From a virus (taxonomy: Duplodnaviria > Caudoviricetes): a stretch of 58,074 bases of DNA. Location: positions 1 to 58,074 of IMG/VR virus record IMGVR_UViG_3300020727_000860; one strand, 5' to 3'. The position numbers and the translations under genes were made by a program. This document shows, one piece after another, positions 1 to 10,141 of this stretch. Numbering within the stretch: the first letter of the stretch is position 1; each line of letters begins with the position of its first letter. The notes under the pieces were generated by a model. The model saw only the letters and a list, made by a program, of their open reading frames with translations, had not been told where the DNA came from and did not search any database.

Positions 1-127
1 AAAATAAGACCTGATTAGCTAACTAATTAAAATTGGCACACTAACTGAAGGCAAAAGCAATGAAGCATCTAAAAAGAAGGAGCTTGTCTCCCGAAACTTA
101 TCGGTCTTTAGCCGATAAGTAGTTCAT
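1..127 (+). mobile_element. Right part of IS200/IS605-derived mini-element (type A), truncated by window start
   Basis: Near-identical to the right parts of 4724-5012 and 46857-47141; ends in GAAA-hairpin(CTTATCGG..CCGATAAG)-TAGTTCAT, typical of IS605/IS1341 right ends. Confidence 0.8.
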
Positions 128-195
128 CTGAGAAAAGTTACAGAGATCACATTGAAACCTGAAACACATTAGTCTTTAGCTAATGTGTAGTTCAT
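128..195 (+). mobile_element. Second IS200/IS605 right end (type B) in tandem with the first
   Basis: GAAACACATTAGTCTTTAGCTAATGTGTAGTTCAT matches the right end of the element at 2975-3232 (minus). Confidence 0.7.
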
Positions 196-198
196 AGA

Positions 199-732
199 TT
201 AATCAACCTTTCTAAAAACCAGTTTACAAGTTAAATTATGAGAAAGCTGCCTAATAAAATTATGGGTAGCTTTTTCTTTATGTATTAACGGAGCTTTTTT
301 AATTGTTTCAAATTCTTGTTTCTCATTCATATAGATTAGCCCAGCATATTGTGGAATATCTTCTATTGGTAATAAGTTTTCTGGAACAACAAAATAGAAA
401 TAGTTTGGAGTTAAATACCAAATATCTCTCACCATATTGTTATTTTCTTTTATAAGGCGCTCTTTCACACCAACACCTTCTAACATTAACTTATGTTTTT
501 CCTTCTTAAAATCAGCCTTAAAATCTGATTTAGATATCTTTACTTCATATTCATATATGTAGTCTGACTTACTTATTGAAATAACATCACATTCTGATAA
601 ACCATATCCAGTAAAGTGTGAGGTTATTGGTGAATGTTGTTTTTCATATAAATACATAGCTAAAGCTGCCTCTATATTTTTTGAGGCCGTATTACTTCTT
701 TTAATTTTTCTGATACTTGATTTTCTACTCAT
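199..732 (-). CDS. MmcB-like PD-(D/E)xK nuclease-family protein
   Basis: ECD...EYEVKISKSDFKADFKK motif, PNYFYFVVP and YAGLI. Confidence 0.6.
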   Translation of the reverse strand: MSRKSSIRKIKRSNTASKNIEAALAMYLYEKQHSPITSHFTGYGLSECDVISISKSDYIYEYEVKISKSDFKADFKKEKHKLMLEGVGVKERLIKENNNMVRDIWYLTPNYFYFVVPENLLPIEDIPQYAGLIYMNEKQEFETIKKAPLIHKEKATHNFIRQLSHNLTCKLVFRKVD

Positions 733-752
733 AAATTATATATCTAAAATTT

Positions 753-761
753 TAATATATA
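753..761 (+). promoter_or_regulatory. TAATATATA motif, putative phage promoter or initiation signal
   Basis: Lies 5 nt upstream of ATG 767; recurs 4-5 nt upstream of several other start codons. Confidence 0.5.
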
Positions 762-766
762 GCAAC

Positions 767-1339
767 ATGAAATATATTATTAGTATAAGACAAAAATCAG
801 AAGATGCTACTAAGAGAGAACAATTTGTTCGTGGTAGTGAAGGAACCGTTCAAACTAAAATAATCAATATGATTAATGCTAATCCTTATGGTGATTATGA
901 TTTTTTAGTAAATGAAGATGGGAATAAATACATACAAACTTCAGAAGAACTATTAGGAGAAGTTGTAAATATAGTAGATGATAATTGTTTAGCCGAATTT
1001 ACTGAAGATGAAGATGGCAATCCTATGATATTATTAAGCCATTTTGAAGGAGCGCTTCCTCAACAACATACTGTTGATCAATTAAAAGCTTTAAGAAAAA
1101 TTACTAAAAAAACTGATATTGGTGATAAAATTAGTGACATGAATAAACAAGGGGCTAACATTCAATATATCAGAAATCCAATAGATACCGGAGTCGAATC
1201 TACACAAGACTATGAAAGAAGTAATAAAAAATTTGAACCAAACTGGAATCTTAAGCGTATAAAGCCTTTTAAAGGATATTTTTATGATCAAACAACTTCA
1301 GATAGACCTTCACATAAAAAGAAAAAGAAAAAGAAGTAA
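767..1339 (+). CDS. hypothetical protein
   Basis: 190 aa ORF preceded by the TAATATATA motif; stop overlaps next start (TAATG). Confidence 0.7.
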   Translation: MKYIISIRQKSEDATKREQFVRGSEGTVQTKIINMINANPYGDYDFLVNEDGNKYIQTSEELLGEVVNIVDDNCLAEFTEDEDGNPMILLSHFEGALPQQHTVDQLKALRKITKKTDIGDKISDMNKQGANIQYIRNPIDTGVESTQDYERSNKKFEPNWNLKRIKPFKGYFYDQTTSDRPSHKKKKKKK

Positions 1340-1872
1340 TGATTAAAAAATATCAAGATTTTTTAGAAAGTAAAAGTAGTAAATTTTATGATTATGGTTG
1401 TGTTATGATTTATCCGACAATCGAAAATTGGTCTGAAATAACATCTATAATTCATCCAGATGATGTTTATAACCCATCGCCTACTTATGGCATTGAATCT
1501 GATCCACATATTACTTTACTATATGGTCTTCACCCTGAAGTAACTCATGAACAAATAGGTGATGTATTAAATAAATTTAAAGGTAAGTCCTTTGGAATTG
1601 ATATTAATGGAATTGGAAAATTTGATAACAAAGATTTTAGTGTAGTTAAATTTAATATCGACTCCCCTATTCTACACGAAATTAATCATGAGTTAACTAA
1701 ATTACCACATACAACAGATTACCCAAATTATGTTCCTCACATGACAATCGCATATGTAAAACCTGGCTCTGCTGATAAGTATTTATCAGGCGATTATAGA
1801 AAGACATTTAACAACGTGAATAAAGTGGTTTATTCAATGACAGATGGTAATAAAATTCCTTTTCAATTATAA
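1339..1872 (+). CDS. 2H phosphodiesterase, T4 gp57B/Acb1-like
   Basis: Two HxT motifs (PHITLLYG, PHMTIAY); TDYPNYVPHMTIAY resembles the T4 57B C-terminal motif. Confidence 0.7.
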   Translation: MIKKYQDFLESKSSKFYDYGCVMIYPTIENWSEITSIIHPDDVYNPSPTYGIESDPHITLLYGLHPEVTHEQIGDVLNKFKGKSFGIDINGIGKFDNKDFSVVKFNIDSPILHEINHELTKLPHTTDYPNYVPHMTIAYVKPGSADKYLSGDYRKTFNNVNKVVYSMTDGNKIPFQL

Positions 1873-1940
1873 ACAATTATATTAATTATTGATATAATAA
1901 GTAATCAAGCCTAAGCTTGATATAAAAAAAATTAACGGCA

Positions 1941-2900
1941 ATGGCAGAATTAGATGATTTATTTAGTGGCAGTTTAGATTCAAAAATGGATTTTTTGAAT
2001 GAAAAAAAGGCAGTAAATGCAGATGGCATTTATCGTATCGACTTATCAAAAGTAAAAGATAAGAAAAAAGGTTACAGATCAGTAGTTAGGTTTCTTCCTA
2101 ACTTAACCAAAGAAGGAAAAGTTGGTCAGTTAGCAGTTGAGAAAATTACTCACTATGTTGACATTAAAAATGCAAAAGAATTATCTGGATGGTTCGATTC
2201 AGCAAAGAATTTCAATGAGAAATGTGCTTTGACTGATCTTTATTACACAATGATGAATTCAAAAAATGCAATTCTTCAAGAAAAAGCAAAATGTTTAAAG
2301 TATAGTAAAAAATACTACTCATATGTTCTTATCATTGAAGATGAACAACAACCTGAATTAGTTGGTAAGGTTATGATTTTCCAATATGGAAAAACAATTA
2401 AAGACAAAATTCAAGCTGAAAAAAATGGCGAGATAAGTGGTGTATCTTGTAATGTTTTTGATTTATCAGCTGGTAAAGATTTTGTTCTTTCAGTTAAAGA
2501 AATTCAGACTGGTGATGAAACTTATCCTGATTATAAAAATTCAGCCTTTAAACCAGAAACTTCTTCTTTACCAATTTATATTGAAGGAAAAGGATTTAAA
2601 AATGTTCCTTTAGTAAACGGTAAAGTTGATCCTAAGACTCAATCTATGGTTAAAGATTTCTTATTAAAAAGAGATCATGAACTTGAAGAATTTTCACCTA
2701 AGAGATTAACAGAAGAACAACAAGCTAAAATCAATGAGATTACAGCTTATTTAACAGGTAAAGCTTCTGCATCTTTCAAAAAAGAAGCTGTTGCATCTTC
2801 TGATGACTTTGATTTTGAAGAATCACATACTGCATCAAGTAGTAGTTCATCCTCTTCATCCTCTGATGATGATACAGAAGATTTCTTTAAAGATTTTTAA
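1941..2900 (+). CDS. T4 gp32-like single-stranded DNA-binding protein
   Basis: GY.SVVRFLP, VGKVMIFQYGKTIKDKI, FDL..GKDF.L and YPDYKNS.F motifs; Ser-rich/acidic tail ending DFFKDF. Confidence 0.85.
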   Translation: MAELDDLFSGSLDSKMDFLNEKKAVNADGIYRIDLSKVKDKKKGYRSVVRFLPNLTKEGKVGQLAVEKITHYVDIKNAKELSGWFDSAKNFNEKCALTDLYYTMMNSKNAILQEKAKCLKYSKKYYSYVLIIEDEQQPELVGKVMIFQYGKTIKDKIQAEKNGEISGVSCNVFDLSAGKDFVLSVKEIQTGDETYPDYKNSAFKPETSSLPIYIEGKGFKNVPLVNGKVDPKTQSMVKDFLLKRDHELEEFSPKRLTEEQQAKINEITAYLTGKASASFKKEAVASSDDFDFEESHTASSSSSSSSSSDDDTEDFFKDF

Positions 2901-2923
2901 GACTAATTGATTATCAATGAATT

Positions 2924-2950
2924 ATAGCCTCTTCGGAGGCTATTTTTATT
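2924..2950 (+). terminator. Rho-independent terminator after gp32-like gene
   Basis: ATAGCCTC-TTCG-GAGGCTAT stem with cUUCGg loop followed by T-run. Confidence 0.85.
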
Positions 2951-2974
2951 TATAAAAGTCTAACATTTCTATTA

Positions 2975-3232
2975 ATGAACTACACATTAGCTAAAGACTA
3001 ATGTGTTTCAAGTTTCATAGACTTATCTAACGACAACGCCTCCAACTGTTTTTGTTTAATGTCCGACTCAATCCCTGAACCAGACAATATTTTTAAACAT
3101 TGTTTTAATATGTTTTTACTTGCATTAGTATGAGTTTTAATCTCTCTTTTTGATTTTTTTAACCTTTTTTAACTTTTTTTGATATAAATAATTACCAAAA
3201 TCACAGAAGCTAAAGACTTCTGTGTGGTCAAT
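2975..3232 (-). mobile_element. Non-autonomous IS200/IS605 mini-element (type B): left end, tnpB 3' remnant and right end
   Basis: LE hairpin CACAGAAGTCTTTAGCTTCTGTG; minus frame reads NASKNILKQCL...ETH* (TnpB C-terminal NAxxNI motif); RE hairpin plus AGTTCAT; TTTAT precedes the left end. Confidence 0.8.
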
Positions 3233-3310
3233 ATAAATCTATCAAATGGTTGTAAATTTGTATAATGGTTCAATCTTATAACACCATCCATTGTTTTTAC
3301 TGATATGGTG
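3233..3310 (-). pseudogene. Remnant of HNH endonuclease gene interrupted by the mini-element
   Basis: Minus frame reads KTMDGVIRLNHYTNLQPFDRF and resumes as NRNVR beyond the element; LNHYTNLQP is typical of phage HNH C-termini. Confidence 0.5.
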
Positions 3311-3421
3311 GAAAAGACGAGATAGAGGAATTTCTCCAGTGACTTCTTAAAATTATTATATAAACTTTCTCTGTATTAATAAATACAATTAATGTATAGA
3401 TTTATAAAAATAATTTAAATT

Positions 3422-4309
3422 ATGTTTCCAAATTTAAAAAGTAAAAAATTCTTAGACGTATCTACTAGCAAACCTGTAGTTGTTAAAGAACAGTTCGAGA
3501 ATATTGCTATATTAGACAACAACCAAAGAGTTGATGTTAAAAGATTATTAGATAAAAGCTACTATGATGACTATATTGATCCTTCTAGTTTTTTTGATAT
3601 ATCTAACTTGCAAATTTTTGCTGATAAAATAAAATCTATACCTAATGAAGCACTACAGAACATGAATGATGATGATTCTCCTATCATAACATCATATGAT
3701 CCAGAAGAAGAAAAAAGAATTTTGGAAAAGAAGGCTAGAGAGATGTATAGTCAACCAAATACATCTGTTATGAGTCAAATTGACAAATTTAAAGGTATGA
3801 TTGATGAAGATGAATTACCAAATATATCAACACCCACTAATGTTGTCAAAGTATCAACGAATCAAAATTTTAATCAGGTTCAAGTCAATCAACCTGTTCA
3901 GAATAATCAAAGTGATCCAATGATCAATATGTTTAGGAACATTAAAAGAAATACAGATTTTAAAATATCTATTGATATTGAAAACAAAATACCTCGTCCA
4001 GATTTTATTGAAATGATGGAAGATTCGTATGAAGTTAGTATTATTGACTATTTATCTGACGAGTTTACTAAATCCATTTTAAGTGATACCTCAATAATTA
4101 GAGGTAAAATAAAGGAAGCTATTAGAGATATTGTTTATAACAAAAAAGTTTCTGAAAAAAAAGAAATTCCTAATGTTCCGGAAAAAAAAAGAGAGAAATT
4201 AAATGAAGGTGTTGAGAAAAAAACTAAGAGAACCCCTCGTAAGCCAGATTCCTCTAAGTATAGAGAAATTGAAGAAGGTCAAGAACCAGAAAAACCAAAT
4301 GTTAACTAA
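3422..4309 (+). CDS. hypothetical protein
   Basis: 295 aa ORF with no recognised motif. Confidence 0.75.
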   Translation: MFPNLKSKKFLDVSTSKPVVVKEQFENIAILDNNQRVDVKRLLDKSYYDDYIDPSSFFDISNLQIFADKIKSIPNEALQNMNDDDSPIITSYDPEEEKRILEKKAREMYSQPNTSVMSQIDKFKGMIDEDELPNISTPTNVVKVSTNQNFNQVQVNQPVQNNQSDPMINMFRNIKRNTDFKISIDIENKIPRPDFIEMMEDSYEVSIIDYLSDEFTKSILSDTSIIRGKIKEAIRDIVYNKKVSEKKEIPNVPEKKREKLNEGVEKKTKRTPRKPDSSKYREIEEGQEPEKPNVN

Positions 4310-4687
4310 ATGATAGAAAATTCAATTATAGACAGCGCTAAATCAATAAGAAATGAATTCTTAAAATTAACAAAAACATTATCTGTTTACGAAGATGATG
4401 TTAAAAAATTGGCCGAATATTTCTTTAAAGTTTCTAATGAGTTAAAAAATATAGAATCTGAAATAACAAATAAAGATACCATAGAAAGTATTAAAAATAA
4501 GATAATTAGTAAATTATCTGACTTAGAACTAGAATCTGAAAGAGTATCTAAAAAGATAGAGAATATAAACAATCAAATAGAAAAACTCAAAAAAGAAGAA
4601 ATGGACTTATATAAAGTTATAAAGAAAAGACACCCTTCTATGTCTGATGATCAAATACGAAGTGAAATACAAGAAAGAGTATTCTAA
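4310..4687 (+). CDS. hypothetical coiled-coil protein
   Basis: 125 aa heptad-rich ORF abutting the upstream gene. Confidence 0.7.
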   Translation: MIENSIIDSAKSIRNEFLKLTKTLSVYEDDVKKLAEYFFKVSNELKNIESEITNKDTIESIKNKIISKLSDLELESERVSKKIENINNQIEKLKKEEMDLYKVIKKRHPSMSDDQIRSEIQERVF

Positions 4688-4720
4688 AAAATAAACCCTT
4701 CAATGAAGGGTTTATTTTTT
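4688..4720 (+). terminator. Rho-independent terminator, possibly bidirectional
   Basis: A-run, AAACCCTTCA/TGAAGGGTTT stem, T-run. Confidence 0.75.
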
Positions 4721-4723
4721 TAT

Positions 4724-5012
4724 ATTGAAAACCAAAGAAAACACAGAAGTCTTTAGCTTCTGTGATTTTGGTAATTATTCACTAAATTCAATTAAAGGAA
4801 AGAGTCTATATTAAATATATAATATGTTAGGAAATTAAAAAAATTCTAGCATCGGCAGGGACTGTCGATTACAGGCGTGGAGCAAAAATAAGACCTGATT
4901 AGATAACTAATTAAAATTGGCACACTAACTGAAGGCAAAAGCAATGAAGCATCTAAAAAAGAAGGAGCTTGTCTCCCGAAACTTATCGGTGTTTAGCCGA
5001 TAAGTAGTTCAT
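4724..5012 (+). mobile_element. Complete non-autonomous IS200/IS605 mini-element (type A, 289 bp)
   Basis: TTTAT|ATTGA left junction, LE hairpin, tnpB-tail-like frame ASAGTVDYRRGAKIRPD*, RE hairpin plus GTAGTTCAT; no transposase. Confidence 0.85.
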
Positions 5013-5039
5013 ATATATAACTAAAATAGTCAAGTAGAA

Positions 5040-6884
5040 ATGAGGATATCCAAATATATTAAGGTAGATAAAAATATACTGATAGAATATGTATACGATG
5101 ATTCTAACTTAATAGGTGAGTCTTATGAGATTGGTCTTAATTTAAAAAACAAAAACTATAATTACGTAGCCAATGATTTAAGTGGTACTTTGAATACAGC
5201 AGGTAATACAAATTTATCTTCTTCAAATACTTTATTTCCTATTGATTTAGTTAATAATACATATGGAATTTATAACACAACTACTTATCCATTTTTACAG
5301 CTTCAAAGCTATGGAAGTGGATTTCCGGTTAGACACGATTCTATCATTGTAAGACTTCCAATAAATTACACTTTTGGAGAATACTTAGGTTTCTATTTAA
5401 GAGTTTACGCTTTTGATACATTAAACCAAAAGACTTATGATTTATCTAACTTCTTTTTTGATATAACAAATCTTGATCAAAAAAAGAATCTTAATTATGT
5501 AAATCCTCCTATTTTCTTTCAAGAAATGTTATGGGGTAAATCTATTACATTAGAAATTCCATCTCTATTTGCATTATCAAATCAAAGAACTAACAATAAT
5601 GTACAATCTAATAGTATAAATTATAATTTAACAGGTGGTGTTGGATTAAATTTAAATTCACCACTTTTTATTGATTTTCATTTTATAACAAATACCAAAA
5701 CAGTTAACTCTGTTAAGACATATACATTAACTACTGCGAATACTATAACTGTACCTCAGACACCAGAATTTGAAAAAATCGGGGTTGTGATTGAAGAATC
5801 ATCTGACGGTGATTTTTTTGATATTTATGCGGTTTATAGTGGTAGTATAGGTGATTTTAATAACTTCATTAATAATTCTGTTTATTTAGGAAATAGATAT
5901 TATGTTCAATATACAATCACAATGTATGAACAAAATATTAGAGGAAAATCTCTGACCGTGGTTGTTACTGAGGATTTCCTATCCAAAGTTGAATATAGAC
6001 CAATTATCAAATACTCAACCACAACAGCTATTATAGATGTACAAATGGATTTAATAGATGCAGTTGATAATTCAAGAATAACAAGACAAGCTTCTTACGG
6101 TATGCTTCAAAACCAGGTTTCAAAGTATAGTCTATCATTAATGAGAATTAATTTAGCAAATGCAAATAAACCTAAAATTTATAACATTAAAAATAGTATA
6201 AATTTAGGAAGTACGGCCTCAAATCTATTGGGTGCTGGCAATCCATCGGTTGAAGCGGTGCAAGTTCCTTATCCAGTATTAGTTGATAAGTATAATGTTG
6301 TTGCTAAAACAGATAATGCTCAAGTTGGAAAAGACTACTACTATGGTATAGGGAACGTTTTAATAGTTTTATATCCATTTGATAACATTATTACATTTAC
6401 AATTGCTAGTCAAGTTGCTGATAATAAGATTGATTTCATGGATTTAACCAATATGGGTGTTATTACAATGACAATCAAAAATCAAGTTCTCTCAGTTGAT
6501 GTTCCTTTATATTCAGAATCAGGATCTGTAGATTTATCAAGAGGATTTTTAGTTTTCAAGTTGGTATCAAGTAAAATAAATGATGTTAGAAAAATATATA
6601 ACTCAGGTATCAATGTATTCTACATAACCTCTACTCAACAGAAAACAACAACTACAGTTTTATATACAGGTTTATTTAAAATATATGATTCGGTTAGTAA
6701 TGTTGCTGCTTTAAACACAACAGCTAATCAAAATGCATCAAGTTTGAGTGTTGGATCTGCTTCAGTAATACCTACTGGAACAGCTATTGTAACAAGAACT
6801 GTTGTTCCAACATTAATCACAGGAGCTTCGTCGCCCAGCTCAAATTATATAGTTATTTCAGCAACAGGAGCAACTGGTCCATAA
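5040..6884 (+). CDS. probable virion structural protein
   Basis: 614 aa N/T/S/V-rich, beta-strand-like composition; co-oriented with the tail gene downstream. Confidence 0.5.
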   Translation: MRISKYIKVDKNILIEYVYDDSNLIGESYEIGLNLKNKNYNYVANDLSGTLNTAGNTNLSSSNTLFPIDLVNNTYGIYNTTTYPFLQLQSYGSGFPVRHDSIIVRLPINYTFGEYLGFYLRVYAFDTLNQKTYDLSNFFFDITNLDQKKNLNYVNPPIFFQEMLWGKSITLEIPSLFALSNQRTNNNVQSNSINYNLTGGVGLNLNSPLFIDFHFITNTKTVNSVKTYTLTTANTITVPQTPEFEKIGVVIEESSDGDFFDIYAVYSGSIGDFNNFINNSVYLGNRYYVQYTITMYEQNIRGKSLTVVVTEDFLSKVEYRPIIKYSTTTAIIDVQMDLIDAVDNSRITRQASYGMLQNQVSKYSLSLMRINLANANKPKIYNIKNSINLGSTASNLLGAGNPSVEAVQVPYPVLVDKYNVVAKTDNAQVGKDYYYGIGNVLIVLYPFDNIITFTIASQVADNKIDFMDLTNMGVITMTIKNQVLSVDVPLYSESGSVDLSRGFLVFKLVSSKINDVRKIYNSGINVFYITSTQQKTTTTVLYTGLFKIYDSVSNVAALNTTANQNASSLSVGSASVIPTGTAIVTRTVVPTLITGASSPSSNYIVISATGATGP

Positions 6885-6898
6885 ATTAAAAAAATAAA

Positions 6899-7501
6899 AT
6901 GAGATTATCTAGTCAATCGAGTCAGTTTGTATTTAACCTACCTTCAGATTTCTTAACACAAGATATCATAAGCACTTATACGCCTATACTTGAAAAAAAC
7001 TGGGTACAATATGAAAATGTTATTGATTATTTAAACTCTACAATTAAGAGTGTAAGTTTTCCAGGATTAAGTATCACAACACCAGAACAGAATTTAATAA
7101 GAGGTAAGAAAAGAGCTTATTTACCAGCAACAAATGTGAATGATATAGTAACTACAAGAGAATTCACCGTTACATTCAGATCTGTTGATTCTGACTTGAA
7201 TTATTGGCTAACATATGATATATTTATAAAACACTATTTAGATGTTTATAATTTATATATCAACCCATTTACTATCACCGCAGTTGATATACACAGAGAT
7301 GCTATCTATTTAATTAAATTTTTTGAGATATTAGCAATCTCACTTGGTGATTTAAATTTTGACTACTCACAACAAAAGGTAAATGCAAAAGAGTTTACAA
7401 TGACTTTTAAATTCAACTTCATTGAAGTTGAATTTTTACTAAACCAATCAAAGACTATGGAATTGGGTGCTTTTCCGCCATCAATTATCCAGAAATATTA
7501 A
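6899..7501 (+). CDS. T4 gp3/gp19-like tail tube or tail completion protein
   Basis: SVSFPGLSI...FTVTF..VDSDLNYW...F.....LGDLNFD...FTMTFKF pattern. Confidence 0.55.
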   Translation: MRLSSQSSQFVFNLPSDFLTQDIISTYTPILEKNWVQYENVIDYLNSTIKSVSFPGLSITTPEQNLIRGKKRAYLPATNVNDIVTTREFTVTFRSVDSDLNYWLTYDIFIKHYLDVYNLYINPFTITAVDIHRDAIYLIKFFEILAISLGDLNFDYSQQKVNAKEFTMTFKFNFIEVEFLLNQSKTMELGAFPPSIIQKY

Positions 7502-7722
7502 TCTTTTTTCTTTTTATAATAAGGGTGATCTTCTTTCTTCATTTCTACATACTCTTTACCATCTATAACAGATTCTATTTTTCTATCTCTATTTGTTACC
7601 CTAATCTCATCTTCAATAACGCCTACCATAATAGTGTCGATTATTTCAGTGTCTATAGACTTTGATAGATTTTCTGATAATATTCTCAACAACTCTTTTT
7701 CTGGATCTAATTTTTTCTTCAT
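7498..7722 (-). CDS. hypothetical protein with RDxKI motif
   Basis: 74 aa; contains NRDRKIESVI. Confidence 0.6.
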   Translation of the reverse strand: MKKKLDPEKELLRILSENLSKSIDTEIIDTIMVGVIEDEIRVTNRDRKIESVIDGKEYVEMKKEDHPYYKKKKD

Positions 7723-8585
7723 ATTAAATTTTTATTTTTAAATATATTCTCAAAAAAATCTAGCAGATTATTATATTGAAAATTAAATGGTAGATCAACA
7801 TTTGTAAAGTGTGGTTCTGATAGTATTTTAAAATACAAGTCATCATTATTGTCAACTTCTTTTATATACTCAATCATCTGATTCATATTATCAAATTCAT
7901 AAGCATTTATAAAAGCCTTTGTGTTCCAATCTTCACCAACCTTTGGATTTCCCCAATATATTGGAATACTATTTTTTAATTTAGGATGTACTAATTTTTC
8001 GGTGGTATATCCTGGATACTCACTGTTTTCAAAAGCAATTGTAAATTTGTAATTATTAATAAATGACAATTTATCACCCACTGGTCCACCTATATTATTA
8101 TAAACTCTTCCACCAGCATCTACCAATTTATATTTAGAAAGTTCAAAAAATAATTGATTCCTTAAATGCGCACCTGGGTTAGAAAAAACAAAATTACAGA
8201 ACTTTGTTTTTTCTCTTTTTACAACATCGAAATCTATTTCCTTTTTGAAATTTTGAGTATATCCAGACTCATATAATGTTATGGCTGATAAAGGAAATCT
8301 AAAGTTTCTATCATCATCTATATAATCAAAGCTAATGGAATAGTCACATTCGTTATAGTTAGGTCTTTTATTTTCGGCGGTAAAAAATATTTTAGTACCA
8401 TTAAATCTTTGATGATTATTACCAAATACACTATAAATCAAAATATCAGGTGTATATGATATTTCAACATCCCATCTCTCAGATAGAATTGTATATAGTG
8501 TATTATCTCCAATATTACTAATATTAGGGTTATAATTAAATCCGCTCCATAAATCTGAAAATCCAATTTTTATTCGTTTCTTCAT
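7719..8585 (-). CDS. alpha-1,3-fucosyltransferase (GT10)
   Basis: KFCNFVFSN and YKFTIAFENS..PGYTTEKL.....SIPIYWG signature. Confidence 0.9.
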   Translation of the reverse strand: MKKRIKIGFSDLWSGFNYNPNISNIGDNTLYTILSERWDVEISYTPDILIYSVFGNNHQRFNGTKIFFTAENKRPNYNECDYSISFDYIDDDRNFRFPLSAITLYESGYTQNFKKEIDFDVVKREKTKFCNFVFSNPGAHLRNQLFFELSKYKLVDAGGRVYNNIGGPVGDKLSFINNYKFTIAFENSEYPGYTTEKLVHPKLKNSIPIYWGNPKVGEDWNTKAFINAYEFDNMNQMIEYIKEVDNNDDLYFKILSEPHFTNVDLPFNFQYNNLLDFFENIFKNKNLI

Positions 8586-8591
8586 AGTTAT

Positions 8592-9380
8592 TTAAATTTT
8601 AATCCATGTCTCTGGAATTATATCTGATTTATCTATATCTATACCTGTTTTTTCTCCAAACCATTTATTTGGTGCTATAACTTTTTTATTTGGGTTATTA
8701 TTTAACCAAGCTCCCCACCAACTAAAAGAACTGTTGGCTATTATATTATTCTTACACATACTCATTAGATATAAATCTTCTAAGTTTGAAAAATCACTCA
8801 TAAAAACCATATTATTAAATGGTAAATTATCTTTACACCATTGCATATCATCAGAAAAAACAAAAATATAATCATATTCACCAATGATATCAAGAGCTTT
8901 TTTATAATACTCTATATCTTGAACCGGATGATATCCATTCGATTTTACATAATCCGTTCTTCTAATATGCATAGAAACCGTATTAGTGTCAATTAGAGGT
9001 GTCTTATTAAGTTTTGATATCATATCATTAGATGGTGAGAAGTCATTCCGAATGATATCAGAATTGATTTTAAAATACTTTTCACTTTGCCAATAACCAT
9101 CAAGATAATAATGTGTATAATTTGATACGAGATGTTCTTGATAACTAAATGAATCTTGTATTCTATGAATGTGGTAATTATTTAATACCGGTATATTTAC
9201 ATAAGTATAAGTATTTGAAAATTTATCCAACTCAAATTCTCTAATGGTTTCTGAAAATTGGTTTTTATAAAAAGATATATCTAAATAGAAATCAGTATTA
9301 TATTTATATGATAAGCTTCTACCATAAGCATACTGAAACATTTGATTTCCTAAACCACCTTGAATCTTATTGATAATCAT
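8592..9380 (-). CDS. alpha-1,2-fucosyltransferase (GT11)
   Basis: GGLGNQMFQY, GYWQSEKYF, HIRRTDY, ANSSFSWWGAWL. Confidence 0.92.
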   Translation of the reverse strand: MIINKIQGGLGNQMFQYAYGRSLSYKYNTDFYLDISFYKNQFSETIREFELDKFSNTYTYVNIPVLNNYHIHRIQDSFSYQEHLVSNYTHYYLDGYWQSEKYFKINSDIIRNDFSPSNDMISKLNKTPLIDTNTVSMHIRRTDYVKSNGYHPVQDIEYYKKALDIIGEYDYIFVFSDDMQWCKDNLPFNNMVFMSDFSNLEDLYLMSMCKNNIIANSSFSWWGAWLNNNPNKKVIAPNKWFGEKTGIDIDKSDIIPETWIKI

Positions 9381-10141
9381 TCTTTTGTGTAATTTTTAAT
9401 AAAGTTTTTTAAATCCTCTAAGACTTCTTTTTTACTATATAAATATCCACTCACAGATAGTCCAGTCTTATAGTCATATATAATGTTATCACCTTTAATT
9501 AAGTTATTAGAAATATTACTAAATAGGGAAGTTATTTCTTTTGTACTAATTGGTTCATTAAAGAAATTAAATATCATTTTATTAGGATATTTAGAGCTAT
9601 ATTTTTGAATATCTAAATAAATATTATCAAGGTTATACCATTGAAAGCTTGAATTTATATTAATATCCCATTTTGTGTTATTTAACAAATCGAATAAAAT
9701 ATTCTTTTTTATTCGATTATTAAATAGAGCACCTAGTCTAAATATTTTTAAATTATCATACTTCAACATATCCTTAACCATAAGTTCAAATAAGTATCTA
9801 TTACTACCATAATCTAATTGTCCTAAATTTGGCAAATAATTTTCAGTAACACCAAGAGGTGAATTTCGATAAACATCTATTGTGGAAATAAGAGTTATTT
9901 GTGAGTAAGATTTTCTTGATAATGTTCTAATGATATTATTAATATTTTCAATATCTTGTGTAATATTTTTATTAACAAACATTCTATTGGAAGATAAACA
10001 ACTTAAAAATAAATTGTCACCATTCTCAACATATTTATCAAAATCATTAATATTTTGACTATTAAAACAACAGTCAAAATTGACAAATTTACTTATAGTA
10101 GATCCTACTAATCCTGTATGTCCAATTAAAATATTATTCAT
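9377..10141 (-). CDS. NAD-dependent epimerase/dehydratase-like protein
   Basis: ILIGHTGLVG Rossmann motif, ISTIDVY, YGSNR; start moved to ATG 10141. Confidence 0.65.
   Translation of the reverse strand: MNNILIGHTGLVGSTISKFVNFDCCFNSQNINDFDKYVENGDNLFLSCLSSNRMFVNKNITQDIENINNIIRTLSRKSYSQITLISTIDVYRNSPLGVTENYLPNLGQLDYGSNRYLFELMVKDMLKYDNLKIFRLGALFNNRIKKNILFDLLNNTKWDININSSFQWYNLDNIYLDIQKYSSKYPNKMIFNFFNEPISTKEITSLFSNISNNLIKGDNIIYDYKTGLSVSGYLYSKKEVLEDLKNFIKNYTKE

Noticed and set aside
1-127. 127-bp terminal inverted repeat with 57948-58074, suggesting linear genome ends
   Set aside because: The sequence is part of a multi-copy internal element, and 127 equals a common assembler k-mer, so these are most likely contig breaks at a repeat
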